NCBI GenBank assembly: GCA_965200635.1 | Contig: OZ241364.1 | Location: 990,094-1,054,093 of the forward strand | DNA: 64,000 nucleotides | Direction: 5' to 3' | Source: Solirubrobacterales bacterium | Lineage (GTDB): Bacteria; Actinomycetota; Thermoleophilia; Solirubrobacterales; 70-9 | Shown here: positions 1 to 8,545 of the stretch, piece after piece | Position numbering within the stretch: the stretch's first letter is position 1 | How the letters are laid out: each line of letters opens with the position of its first letter | Made by a program: the position numbers and the translations under genes | The notes under the pieces: model-generated | Database searches by the model: none | What the model was told of the DNA's origin: nothing | What the model saw: the letters and a program-made list of their open reading frames with translations, nothing else

Positions 1-5
1 TCCAC

Positions 6-1400
6 ATGCGCCGTCTCGCCCTGATCCTCGCCGTCCTCGCCGCCCTGCTGGGCGCCTTCGGAGCCGCCACCGCGTCGGCGGCGTCGCCCTGGACGCTGAC
101 CAACCTCAACCTCGGCGACGGGGAAACGATCTTCGGCATGAGTTGCGAAGCGAGCGGCTCCTGCATCGGGGTCGGCCAGGAAGGCGTGGTGATCCAGTCG
201 ACCGCGCCGACCGCCGGAGCCGGCGCCTGGACGGTCGGCCACGTCGGCGAATCCGAAAACCTGCGGGCCAACCTGCGGGGGATCTCCTGCCCGTCCCAGA
301 CGCTGTGCGTAGCGGTCGACTTCAGCGGCGGCGTCTGGACGACCACCGACCCCGGCGCGGGCGCCGGCTCCTGGTCGCCGACCCGGATCCCGAAAACCAA
401 ATCCCTCTTCGCGATCGACTGCAACACGGTCCTCTGCGTCGTCGTCGGCGCCGGCGGCCAGGTCCTCACCTCGACCAACCCGACCGGCGGTCCGACCGCC
501 TGGACCCGGGCGACGGTGCCCGGCGAACCACCGTTCCGCGCCCTCAGCTGCACCGGCTTCTTCTGCGTGGCGAGCGCCTTCAACGGTGAAATCTGGACCA
601 GCGGGAACCCCCTGCTCGGCGCGACGACCTGGGTCTCCCAGGGCACCCCGGCCGGGGAAAACCCGATCCTCGCCCTCGACTGTGCCAACGAATACCTCTG
701 CGTCGCCGCCAACGAAGGCGGCGTCCTCTTCTCCGACGCGCCCACCGGCGGCGTCGCGACCTGGCCCGTAGGCCCGATGCCCCTCCGCTTCCAGAACGTC
801 GCTGCCGCCTGTCCCTCGGCGACGCTCTGCGTGATCTCCAGCAACAACGGTGAAGTCAGCGCCTCGACCAACCCGGGCGGCGGCTACACGACCTGGCGCA
901 CCGAACACCTGATCAAAGGGGTGACCAACGCCCTCTTCGGCCTCTCCTGCCCGACCGAAACCCTCTGCGTCGCGGCCGGCAAATTCGGCCAGATCCTCAC
1001 CACCACGGCGCCCGCCGCCACCGGCGTGCCGGAACCGCCTCCGCCCCCCGCGGCGCCGAACACCCTCCTCATGCACGCGCCGCGCCAGCTCATCCACCTC
1101 GGCGTCCACTCCTCCGCCCCGACCGTCTCCTTCAAGTTCGAAGGCTCCGGCACCGGCCCCTTCTGGTTCCGCTGCAAGCTCGACTCCCGTCCCGGCACCG
1201 TCTGCACCAGCCCCCTGAAGATGCGGGTCGGCGTCGGCAGCCACGCCTTCCGCGTCCGCGCCTTCGGCCCTGGCGGCCCCGCCCCCACCCAAGTCCTCTA
1301 CCGCTTCAAGGTCGAACGGGCGAAACCCAAGCCCAAGCCGAAGCCAAAGCCGAAGCACCCCGCGCGCCACCACGGCGGCGCGAAGAAGCCCGCGGCCTAG
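6..1400 (+). CDS. secreted repeat protein (several ~45-aa Cys-pair repeats, beta-propeller-like) with a C-terminal (KP)n tail
   Basis: Signal peptide MRRLALILAVLAALLGAFGAATASA. Recurring unit of the form SC..(T/S)LCVA....G.v.t(S/T)..P.gg...W. KPKPKPKPKPK near the C-terminus. No family recognised. Confidence 0.6.
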   Translation: MRRLALILAVLAALLGAFGAATASAASPWTLTNLNLGDGETIFGMSCEASGSCIGVGQEGVVIQSTAPTAGAGAWTVGHVGESENLRANLRGISCPSQTLCVAVDFSGGVWTTTDPGAGAGSWSPTRIPKTKSLFAIDCNTVLCVVVGAGGQVLTSTNPTGGPTAWTRATVPGEPPFRALSCTGFFCVASAFNGEIWTSGNPLLGATTWVSQGTPAGENPILALDCANEYLCVAANEGGVLFSDAPTGGVATWPVGPMPLRFQNVAAACPSATLCVISSNNGEVSASTNPGGGYTTWRTEHLIKGVTNALFGLSCPTETLCVAAGKFGQILTTTAPAATGVPEPPPPPAAPNTLLMHAPRQLIHLGVHSSAPTVSFKFEGSGTGPFWFRCKLDSRPGTVCTSPLKMRVGVGSHAFRVRAFGPGGPAPTQVLYRFKVERAKPKPKPKPKPKHPARHHGGAKKPAA

Positions 1401-1403
1401 GCG

Positions 1404-2153
1404 CTACTTCTTCTTCTGCGCCCGTACGAGGACCTGGCCGAAGGCCTTGTCGACTTCTTCGGTGAGGGAGAGGCGGAAGGTGGCGACCATGGCGTCGACG
1501 GCGATCGGGCGGAGGCGCTCGATCGCGGCGATCATCTTCGGCCAGTCCTCGTCGGGGCGGCCGGCGGCGTCGAAGGGCTTCCAGAGCTCGTCGAGGAAGA
1601 GGGAGACGAAGGCGCGGGCGCCCGAGTGCGAGGCGCGGTTCAGCTTCTCGATCGCCGCGACCGCCGCGGCGAGGGGGATGCCCATGCCAAGGACTTCCTC
1701 GGCGGCGCGTAGGAGGGTCGGGCTCGGGGCCTCGTAGCGCTCGTCGCCAAGGTCGATCAGGAGGCCGAGCTTCAGGGCCTTGGAGAGGACCTTGGGGTCG
1801 GCGCCGCCGAAGCGCTCGTTCAGTTCCTCGAGGGTGAGGACCTCCGGCGCCTCGTCGTCGAAGGGCGCGGTGACGGCCTGGCGCAGGCCGACGAAGCGGT
1901 CGGCGTCCGCCCCGTGCTCGCCGATCAGCCGGGAGATCGCCGAGAGCTTGAAGCCCTCGGCCTGCATCTCCTGGATCAGGCGCAGGCGGGCGACGTGATC
2001 GGGCCCGTAGTAGCCAGTGCGGGCGCGCACCTCGGGCGGCGGCAGCAGGCCGCGCGACTGGTGGTTGCGGATGTTGCGGACCGACATGCCGGTCTCGTAG
2101 GCGAGCTGCTCGACCGTCATCTCCGCGGGTATGGCTTGCGTGTCGGTGCTCAC
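1404..2153 (-). CDS. MerR-family transcriptional regulator
   Basis: N-terminal HTH: MTVEQLAYETGMSVRNIRNHQSRGLLPPP...GYYGPDHVARLRLIQEMQAEGF. Divergent from the reductase/desaturase operon. Confidence 0.85.
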   Translation of the reverse strand: MSTDTQAIPAEMTVEQLAYETGMSVRNIRNHQSRGLLPPPEVRARTGYYGPDHVARLRLIQEMQAEGFKLSAISRLIGEHGADADRFVGLRQAVTAPFDDEAPEVLTLEELNERFGGADPKVLSKALKLGLLIDLGDERYEAPSPTLLRAAEEVLGMGIPLAAAVAAIEKLNRASHSGARAFVSLFLDELWKPFDAAGRPDEDWPKMIAAIERLRPIAVDAMVATFRLSLTEEVDKAFGQVLVRAQKKK

Positions 2154-2203
2154 GTTGACGATTCTACAGATCCATGTAACCTCAAGCGAGGTAACTATGA
2201 ATC

Positions 2204-3334
2204 GTGCAATCGACAGACGAGACGGAGGCCGGGCGGATGGCTGAGCGCGGCGCGGTCCCTCAGGTCCCGGAGCTGCGGCGGAAAGCGCTCCACGCGGTGC
2301 GCTCCCTCTTCACCCCGCTCCTCCCGGACGACTACATCGAACTGGTGAACCCGCTCTGGTCGACGCAGGAGCTGCGCGGCCGGATCGAGCGGATCGAGAA
2401 GGAGACGCCGGACGCGGTCACGGTCCTGATCCGGCCCGGCTACCGCTGGGAGGGCCACAAGCCCGGCCAGTACCTGCGGATCGGCGTCGTCGTCGAGGGC
2501 GTCCACCACTGGCGCGCCTACTCGCTGACGACCGATCCCGGCCGCCCCGACGGGCTGATCGGCATCACGCCCAAGCGGGTCGACACCGGCGTCGTCTCCC
2601 CCTACCTCGTGCACGGCGCGCGGCCCGGGGACATCGTGCGCCTCGGCGGCGTCGAAGGCACCTTCACGGTGCCCGAGCCGGTGCCGCCGAAGCTGCTCTT
2701 CATCAGCGCCGGCTCGGGCATCACCCCGATCATGTCGATGCTGCGGGCCCTCGACCGCTCCGGGGATCTCGACGACGCGGTCCACATCCACTCCGCCCAC
2801 TCGGCCGATCGCGTGATCTTCGCCCAACACCTGTCGGACCTCGACCAGCGCCAGGGCGGCTACCGCCTGCACCTGCAGCTGACCGGGAGCGACGGCCGCG
2901 TGTCCCCCACCGACCTCGATCGCCTCTGCCCGGACTGGCGCGAGCGGCGGACCTTGGCCTCCGGGCCGGGGGAGCTGCTCGACGCGTTGGTCGACCATTG
3001 GGTCGCCGAGAGTGACCCGGAGCTCCTGACGATGGAGCGCTTCCAGCCGGTGATCGGCACGGCGATCGAGCCGGGCGGCGGCGGCCGGATCCGCTTCGCC
3101 AACTCGGGGATCGAGGCCGAGAGCGACGGCGCGGCGCCGATCCTCGTCGCCGGCGAGGACGCCGGGGCCGACCTGCCGTTCGGCTGCCGGATGGGGATCT
3201 GCCGTACCTGCATCGGGCGGCTCTGCTCCGGCGAGGTCCGGGACCTGCGCACCGGCGAGGTTTACGGGACCGAGGGGGAAATGGTCCGCACCTGCGTCAA
3301 CGCACCTGAAGGACCGGTCGAGATCGCGCTCTGA
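2204..3334 (+). CDS. ferredoxin-NAD(P) reductase-type oxidoreductase (FAD/NAD-binding plus C-terminal 2Fe-2S), desaturase electron partner
   Basis: RAYSLT flavin motif, LLFISAGSGITPIMSML NAD fold, CRMGICRTCIGRLC...C 2Fe-2S cluster. The start may be the internal Met at about 2237. Confidence 0.85.
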   Translation: MQSTDETEAGRMAERGAVPQVPELRRKALHAVRSLFTPLLPDDYIELVNPLWSTQELRGRIERIEKETPDAVTVLIRPGYRWEGHKPGQYLRIGVVVEGVHHWRAYSLTTDPGRPDGLIGITPKRVDTGVVSPYLVHGARPGDIVRLGGVEGTFTVPEPVPPKLLFISAGSGITPIMSMLRALDRSGDLDDAVHIHSAHSADRVIFAQHLSDLDQRQGGYRLHLQLTGSDGRVSPTDLDRLCPDWRERRTLASGPGELLDALVDHWVAESDPELLTMERFQPVIGTAIEPGGGGRIRFANSGIEAESDGAAPILVAGEDAGADLPFGCRMGICRTCIGRLCSGEVRDLRTGEVYGTEGEMVRTCVNAPEGPVEIAL

Positions 3335-3382
3335 CGCGCGCCGCCGGCAAACCACACACCCACACACTTAAGGAGACCACAC

Positions 3383-4654
3383 ATGAGCGCCACCGTCACC
3401 GCACCGATCGACACCCACGAGGAGAGTCCCCTCGCCCACCTGACCGCGGAGCAGCTCGAGCAGCTGGCGGCCGAGTTCGACGCGATCCGCGACCGCGTCA
3501 CCTCCGAGCTCGGCGAACGCGACCGTCGCTACATCGAGGCGATGATCGAGATGCAGCGGCGCCTCGCGGTGATCGGCCGGGTCGGCCTGTTGCTGCCTCG
3601 CTTCCGTCCGCTTGCGATCGGCGGCGGCACGGCCCTCGCCGCGGCCAAGATCCTCGAGAACATGGAGATCGGCCACAACGTCATGCACGGCCAGTGGGAC
3701 TGGATGAACGACCCCCGCATCCACTCCTCCACCTGGGACTGGGACAACGCCTCGACCGCCGAGGCCTGGAAGCACTCACACAACTACGTCCACCACACCT
3801 TCACCAACATCCGCGGCAAGGACAAGGACCTCGGCTACGAGATCATGCGGATCGACCCGCAACAGAAGTGGCACCCGGTCTACCTGCTGCAGCCCCTCTA
3901 CAACCTGATCCTGGCGGGGCTCTTCGAGTGGGGCGTGGCGCTCCACGATCTCGACTTCGAGGCGATCCGGACCGGCGAGAAGTCGATGGGCCAGCTGCGC
4001 CGTGACCTGAAGGGGATCGCGGGCAAGGGGCGCGACCAGGCGGTCAAGGACTACATCGCCTGGCCGCTGGTGAGCGCGCTCGCGAGCGCCGCCGTCGGCG
4101 CCGCGGTCGAGGCGACGAAGCCGGAGCCGAAGCCGTGGCGCCGCCTCGGCCGCAAGCGCAAGGAGGGCGGCCGCCTCGGCCGCGTCGCCCGCCGCGCCCT
4201 CGCCGACGGCAGCCAGGCCTACCGCCGCACGGCGGCCGTCAACGCCTACTCCAACCTCGCCCGCAACTTCTGGGCCTACGCGATCATCTTCTGCGGCCAC
4301 TTCCCCGACCAGACCTACACCTACAGCCCCGCCGAAGTCGAAGACGAGACCCGCGGCGGCTGGTACATCCGTCAACTCACCGGCGCCGCCAACATCGAGG
4401 GCAGCCCCCTCTTCCACGTCGCCAGCGGCAACCTCGGCTACCAGGTCGAGCACCACCTCTTCCCCGACATGCCCTCCACCCGCTACGCCGAGGTCGCGCC
4501 CCAGGTCAAGGACATCTGCGAGCGCTACGGCCTCCCCTACAACTCCGGCCCCTTCCTCGAGCAGCTCGGCATGGTGCAGCGAACGATCCTGCGCCTGGCG
4601 TTCCCGGGTGGCAAGGCGCGGCCGAAGCCGGGGCCGTATCAGGCGGAGGGGTAG
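3383..4654 (+). CDS. membrane fatty-acid (acyl-CoA) desaturase, DesA3-like
   Basis: Three histidine boxes: HNVMHGQ, HSHNYVHH, QVEHHLFP. Directly follows the reductase, as in the mycobacterial DesA3/Rv3230c pair. Confidence 0.88.
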   Translation: MSATVTAPIDTHEESPLAHLTAEQLEQLAAEFDAIRDRVTSELGERDRRYIEAMIEMQRRLAVIGRVGLLLPRFRPLAIGGGTALAAAKILENMEIGHNVMHGQWDWMNDPRIHSSTWDWDNASTAEAWKHSHNYVHHTFTNIRGKDKDLGYEIMRIDPQQKWHPVYLLQPLYNLILAGLFEWGVALHDLDFEAIRTGEKSMGQLRRDLKGIAGKGRDQAVKDYIAWPLVSALASAAVGAAVEATKPEPKPWRRLGRKRKEGGRLGRVARRALADGSQAYRRTAAVNAYSNLARNFWAYAIIFCGHFPDQTYTYSPAEVEDETRGGWYIRQLTGAANIEGSPLFHVASGNLGYQVEHHLFPDMPSTRYAEVAPQVKDICERYGLPYNSGPFLEQLGMVQRTILRLAFPGGKARPKPGPYQAEG

Positions 4655-4713
4655 CCCTCGGCCTGAGAAAGCTGGCGCCCGGGGAAAGGGACGCAAGGGT
4701 CTGCGGCGAGCAC

Positions 4714-4763
4714 GGCCGTCTCGGCCACGGCCCTGGCTGGCTGTGACCGTGCCCGAGACGGCC
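4714..4763 (+). repeat. conserved-loop hairpin (CLH-1) about 60 nt after the desaturase stop; possible terminator or RNA 3'-end element
   Basis: GGCCGTCTCGGCCACGG / CCGTGCCCGAGACGGCC arms around the loop CCCTGGCTGGCTGTGA. Missing at the equivalent position of IGR-A copy 3. Confidence 0.7.
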
Positions 4764-4901
4764 GGGGGATGTGGGGAGTGTCGGGGAGCCTCCGAGGCGT
4801 GCGCAGCGGGCGCGTCACGGGAGGAGCGACGGAACGCTCACCGTTGTCCCACGAGGACGTCACGGGACTCGCAAGTCGTGACGGAGAGCGTGGGAAGTCC
4901 A

Positions 4902-4979
4902 CGCTTCCGTGCGTGTTGGACAACAGTCAATTCGTCGCTGCGTGCATTGACCCCCCTATAGGGGCCCTAATACACGCAG
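4902..4979 (+). repeat. nested 78-nt palindromic module N78, copy 1
   Basis: Identical to 37354-37431 and differs by 2 substitutions from 63803-63880. Absent from IGR-A copy 3. Contains TGCGTG-type motifs and a CCCCTATAGGGG palindrome. Confidence 0.8.
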
Positions 4980-5150
4980 CGCGTTCTCGGGCCCCTTTTC
5001 GAGGCCCGGAAACAGACAGAAGATGCTCGGAAGGGTGACGTTCCCGGCATCTCCGTCACGGAACTCGGGCAGGTGTGGCTTCTCTCGCACGGACCCCTCA
5101 CGTCCTGGGCGTGCCGCCACCCCCCGCACCACCGTGCTACCGTTAACCGA

Positions 5151-5462
5151 ATGGTTAACAGTCCGTTCAAAGCTCTGTCCCATCCCATCCGCCGCCAGAT
5201 CGTCGAACGGCTCGCGGCCGGGCCCGCCACGGTCGGCGAAGTGACCAGCGACTTCGGGGTCTCCAAGCCCGCGATCTCCAAGCACCTGAAGGTGCTCGAG
5301 GAGAGTGGGGTCGTAAGTCGGGTCGTCGACGGTCGCAACCACGTGTTGTCGCTGCGGACCGAGGGGCTCGAGGAGGCGACCGATTGGATGGTTCGCCAGC
5401 GCGAGATCTGGACGCGGCTGTTCGATGTCGTCGAGGATCACCTGAAGGAGGAGCAGCGATGA
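5151..5462 (+). CDS. ArsR/SmtB-family transcriptional regulator
   Basis: FKALSHPIRRQIVERLAAGPATVGEVTSDFGVSKPAISKHLKVLEESGVV (wHTH). The tracked ORF start at 5073 lies inside the repeat, so Met at 5151 is preferred. Confidence 0.85.
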   Translation: MVNSPFKALSHPIRRQIVERLAAGPATVGEVTSDFGVSKPAISKHLKVLEESGVVSRVVDGRNHVLSLRTEGLEEATDWMVRQREIWTRLFDVVEDHLKEEQR

Positions 5463-6187
5463 ATCTGCCGTCTGTCGTATCGCCCGAGGAGTGGGCAGCA
5501 GCCCGCGAGGAGCTGTTGGTGAAGGAGAAGGAATTGACGCGGGCGCGTGACGCGCTTGCGGCCGAACGCCGGCGGATGCCGCGCCAGGCGGTGACGAAGG
5601 AGTACACGTTCGAGGGGCCCGAGGGGCCGGTGTCCCTGATCGACATGTTCGAGGGCCGTCGCCAGCTGATCGTCTACCGCTTCTTCTTCGACCCGGACGT
5701 CAACGGCTGGCCCGAGCGCGGCTGCCGCGGCTGCTCCTTCGGCGCCGACCAGGTCGCCCACCTGGCCCACCTGAACGAGCGCGACACCACGCTCGCCTAC
5801 GTCTCGCGCGCCCCGCAATCGGAGATCGCCCGGCTGCGCGAGGAAATGGGATGGGAAGTGCCTTGGTACACGCTCACCGACGACTGGGACCGCGACTTCG
5901 GCGTCGACGAATGGCACGGCCACAACGTCTTCATCCGCGAGGGCGACGAGGTCTTCCGCACCTACTTCGTCGACAAGCGCGGCGACGAAGCGCTCGGCAC
6001 CACCTGGAGCTTCCTCGACCTCACCCCGCTCGGCCGCCAGGAGAAGTGGGAGGACTCACCCGAGGGCTACCCGCAGACCCAGGCGTACGTGTGGTGGAAC
6101 TATCACGACGCCTACGAGGGAGGCGAACCGTTCACGCACGCCCTCGACCCCTCGACCCAGTCCCAGAGGGGCACGACCAGTGTCTGA
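5459..6187 (+). CDS. DUF899 thioredoxin-like family protein
   Basis: Typical DUF899 N-terminus (EEWAAAREELLVKEKELTRARDALAAERRRMP) and a C..C pair. ATGA overlap with arsR. Confidence 0.78.
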   Translation: MNLPSVVSPEEWAAAREELLVKEKELTRARDALAAERRRMPRQAVTKEYTFEGPEGPVSLIDMFEGRRQLIVYRFFFDPDVNGWPERGCRGCSFGADQVAHLAHLNERDTTLAYVSRAPQSEIARLREEMGWEVPWYTLTDDWDRDFGVDEWHGHNVFIREGDEVFRTYFVDKRGDEALGTTWSFLDLTPLGRQEKWEDSPEGYPQTQAYVWWNYHDAYEGGEPFTHALDPSTQSQRGTTSV

Positions 6188-6644
6188 GGCACAGACCGCC
6201 GAGACCCTCGTCATCGAGCGCACCTTCGCGGCGCCGGCGACCGCCGTCTTCGACGCCTTCACCGACGAGGACGTGATGCGGCGCTGGTGGCATGCGCGGA
6301 GCGACTGGACCACCGGCGAGGCGAGCGTCGACCTCCGCGTCGGCGGCGCCGTCCGCGTCGTCATGCGCGAGCCCGACGGCAATCCGCACGGCGGTGGCGG
6401 CCACTACACCGCCGTCGACCGTCCCGATCGGCTCGCCTTCACCTGGACCTGGGACAACGACGACGAGGACCGCGAGACGCTGATCGAGATCGCCTTCGTC
6501 GATTCGGGTGGCGCCACCACCGTCACCTTCACCCACTCGAACCTGCGCGACGAGGTCTCCGCCCGGTCCCACGAAGGCGGCTGGAACCGATGCTTCGACA
6601 ACCTCGAGGGCGCCCTGGCCGAGGCCTCCGCCGCGCGCGCCTGA
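6180..6644 (+). CDS. SRPBCC / AHSA1 (Aha1-like) domain protein
   Basis: LVIERTFAAPATAVFDAFTDEDVMRRWW...FTHSNL pattern, typical of ArsR-linked SRPBCC proteins. Confidence 0.78.
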   Translation: MSEAQTAETLVIERTFAAPATAVFDAFTDEDVMRRWWHARSDWTTGEASVDLRVGGAVRVVMREPDGNPHGGGGHYTAVDRPDRLAFTWTWDNDDEDRETLIEIAFVDSGGATTVTFTHSNLRDEVSARSHEGGWNRCFDNLEGALAEASAARA

Positions 6645-6790
6645 TGCTGCCGTTCGCGCACATCGCGGGCATGCCGGTCGAGGAGACGGCGCTCAGTTTC
6701 GGCCCGGTCCTGCTGGCGAGCGGCGGCATCATCGGCCTCAAATTGAGGCACCGCTGGGCACGCTTTCGTGGGCGTCGAGACGGCGAATAG
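6644..6790 (+). CDS. possible small hydrophobic protein (48 aa)
   Basis: The ATG shares a base with the preceding TGA. MLPFAHIAGMPVEETALSFGPVLLASGGIIGLKL... contains one TM-like segment. No homology recognised. Confidence 0.25.
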   Translation: MLPFAHIAGMPVEETALSFGPVLLASGGIIGLKLRHRWARFRGRRDGE

Positions 6791-6896
6791 GGCCGAAAAC
6801 CCCGCCGTGCCGGGGGAACGACCTACGGCACGGGTAGCTTTCCCCGGGATAAGTCCGCGTGGAATGCGGAGCACCGAGATGTTCGGAGGATGATCC

Positions 6897-7178
6897 ATGG
6901 CACTGATAGGCAAGGACGACCTGGTCCGTGACGTCGCCGAGCGAAGCGGTCTCAGCGGCGCTGACGCAAAACGCGCCGTAGACGCGACGCTGAAGGCGAT
7001 CGAGGAGCAGATGAGCTCCGGGAACGAAGTCCGGTTGACCGGCTTCGGCAAATTCTCGGTCTCACAGCGGGAGGCCCGCACCGGCCGGAATCCGCAGACC
7101 GGCGAGTCGATGCAGATCGCCGCGAAGAAGGTGCCGAGGTTCAGCGCGGGCGCCGAGCTGAAAAAGGCCGTCGAATAG
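6897..7178 (+). CDS. hup: HU-family nucleoid-associated DNA-binding protein
   Basis: VRLTGFGKFSVSQREARTGRNPQTGESMQIAAKKVPRFSAG is the canonical HU arm. Confidence 0.93.
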   Translation: MALIGKDDLVRDVAERSGLSGADAKRAVDATLKAIEEQMSSGNEVRLTGFGKFSVSQREARTGRNPQTGESMQIAAKKVPRFSAGAELKKAVE

Positions 7179-7184
7179 GCGAAC

Positions 7185-7223
7185 GGCCGGGTCGTCGCGT
7201 CAGGCGACCCGGCCGGTGCTTTC
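7185..7223 (+). terminator. intrinsic terminator-like hairpin after hup
   Basis: Perfect 11-bp stem CGGCCGGGTCG/CGACCCGGCCG with a 10-nt loop, followed by GTGCTTT. Confidence 0.55.
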
Positions 7224-7306
7224 CCGGCGTGACGGGACCGTGAACGGTCCCGTGCATCCGCCCTCGTACCGATGCGCCCGGCCCCCCGGCTTCCTAGCCT
7301 TCGGGG

Positions 7307-7549
7307 ATGGCCCCTCTTCAGTTCTGGATCCGCGGCGACCTCGCCGCCGATCAACGTGAGCGCCTGACCGAGATCGGCGCGCGCGCCGTCCCGATGGCCC
7401 GCAGCCTGAACGGCAACGGCGAGACCCGCCCCGCGGCCTGGACGATGATCGAGGCGCGGCCCGGCGAGCCGGAGGTCGAGCGCGCGAAGCTCGCCGCCCT
7501 GCTCGGCGCCGAGCCCGACGAGATCACCGGGCCCTACGCCCTCCACTGA
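7307..7549 (+). CDS. hypothetical protein
   Basis: ORF with plausible composition. No motif recognised. Confidence 0.3.
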   Translation: MAPLQFWIRGDLAADQRERLTEIGARAVPMARSLNGNGETRPAAWTMIEARPGEPEVERAKLAALLGAEPDEITGPYALH

Positions 7550-7583
7550 ACGCTCCGCCCTCGAGACCGGGTACCTGGGACCC

Positions 7584-7847
7584 ATGTCCAGCAAAGGCCC
7601 CGAGACCGAGAGCCGCGCCCGCGAGTCGATCCTCGAGCTGCTGGACGCCCGCGGTCCCGACAAGACGATCTGCCCGTCGGAGGTCGCCCGCGTCCTCGCC
7701 GGGGACGCCGACTTCCGCCCTTATATGGAGCCCGTGCGCGACGCTGCCGCGAAGCTGGCTGACGCGGGCCGCATCGCGGTCACCCAGAAAGGCGAGCCGG
7801 TGACGATCGGCGAGGTCCGCGGGCCGATCCGGCTCGGGCTGAAATGA
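7584..7847 (+). CDS. DUF3253-like small protein
   Basis: ILELLDARGPDKTICPSEVARVL...AAKLADAGRIAVTQKG resembles DUF3253. Confidence 0.65.
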   Translation: MSSKGPETESRARESILELLDARGPDKTICPSEVARVLAGDADFRPYMEPVRDAAAKLADAGRIAVTQKGEPVTIGEVRGPIRLGLK

Positions 7848-7893
7848 CGCGCCCGAGCCGCCCGGCTCGGGGCCGATCATCCGCTGAGCGCCG

Positions 7894-8418
7894 TCAGCCC
7901 TGGCGCGGAACCGTGTAGCGGGCGCTGCCTTCGCAGGCCGCCTTGCCGCCGAGGGTCGTCTCCTGATGAACGCTCACCAGCACGGCCCTGCCCGACTTGA
8001 ATCGGAGGGTGACTTCGGTGGTGGCGGAGGAGCGGCCGCCCTTTCGCCCGCCTTCCCGCTTGGTCTTCGTCAGCTTGAAGAACTGGCCCACCTTCGGTTG
8101 CTGCGGGGCCGACAGGCCGATCCCGACCCGCACTTCTTCGCCCTGCATCGAACCGGGCTTCGAACACCTGATCGGCACCCCCGCGAGCGTCACCGAGAGC
8201 CCCTGCCCGCCGACCCCCACGGTCAGCGACCGGCCTTCGTCGAGAGCCTGGTGGAACCGCGAGCCGTCGGGCAGCGTGCAGCCGACCTTCTCGGCGCCCT
8301 TCTTGCAGCTCGACTTCCCCGCCGCGCCCGTCGTCGCCAGCGCCGAAACGACCCCGAGCGCCAGCACCGCACACAACGCGAACCTCCAACGACGAGACAA
8401 GGAGCCTCGGATCTGCAT
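7894..8418 (-). CDS. secreted hypothetical protein
   Basis: Signal peptide from the internal Met (MQIRGSLSRRWRFALCAVLALGVVSALATTGAAG). Confidence 0.5.
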   Translation of the reverse strand: MQIRGSLSRRWRFALCAVLALGVVSALATTGAAGKSSCKKGAEKVGCTLPDGSRFHQALDEGRSLTVGVGGQGLSVTLAGVPIRCSKPGSMQGEEVRVGIGLSAPQQPKVGQFFKLTKTKREGGRKGGRSSATTEVTLRFKSGRAVLVSVHQETTLGGKAACEGSARYTVPRQG

Positions 8419-8545
8419 CGCACTTCCCCCAATGGTGAGCTTTGAAGAGAGGACGACCCTATGCGCCCCGAACACCCTCGGAGCGCATTCTCCCGGAGAT
8501 TGGCGGAATTTCCCCCGTCCGCCCGACGCACGGCCCTACCCTGGG

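Larger units (their letters stand above)
4668..5111 (+). repeat. composite intergenic repeat IGR-A, copy 1
   Basis: Aligns by eye with 37241-37645, 63616-64000 (same strand) and 48860-49259 (reverse complement). Fills the desaturase/arsR spacer. Confidence 0.85.

Noticed and set aside
2195-4696. Antisense ORFs 2195..3367 and 3776..4696 opposite the reductase and the desaturase.
   Set aside because: No motifs and an Arg/Asp/Gly-rich composition. The sense-strand genes carry complete cofactor and histidine-box signatures.
4769-5038. 89-aa ORF inside IGR-A copy 1. Its peptide (HEDVT.LASRD.ERGKSTLPCVLDNSQFVAACIDPPIGALIHAAR) recurs in copies 2 and 4.
   Set aside because: The conservation simply reflects nucleotide identity of the repeat. 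The frame is destroyed in copy 3, which lacks N78. There is no start or RBS context shared by the copies. The substitutions between copies show no synonymous bias that I could see.
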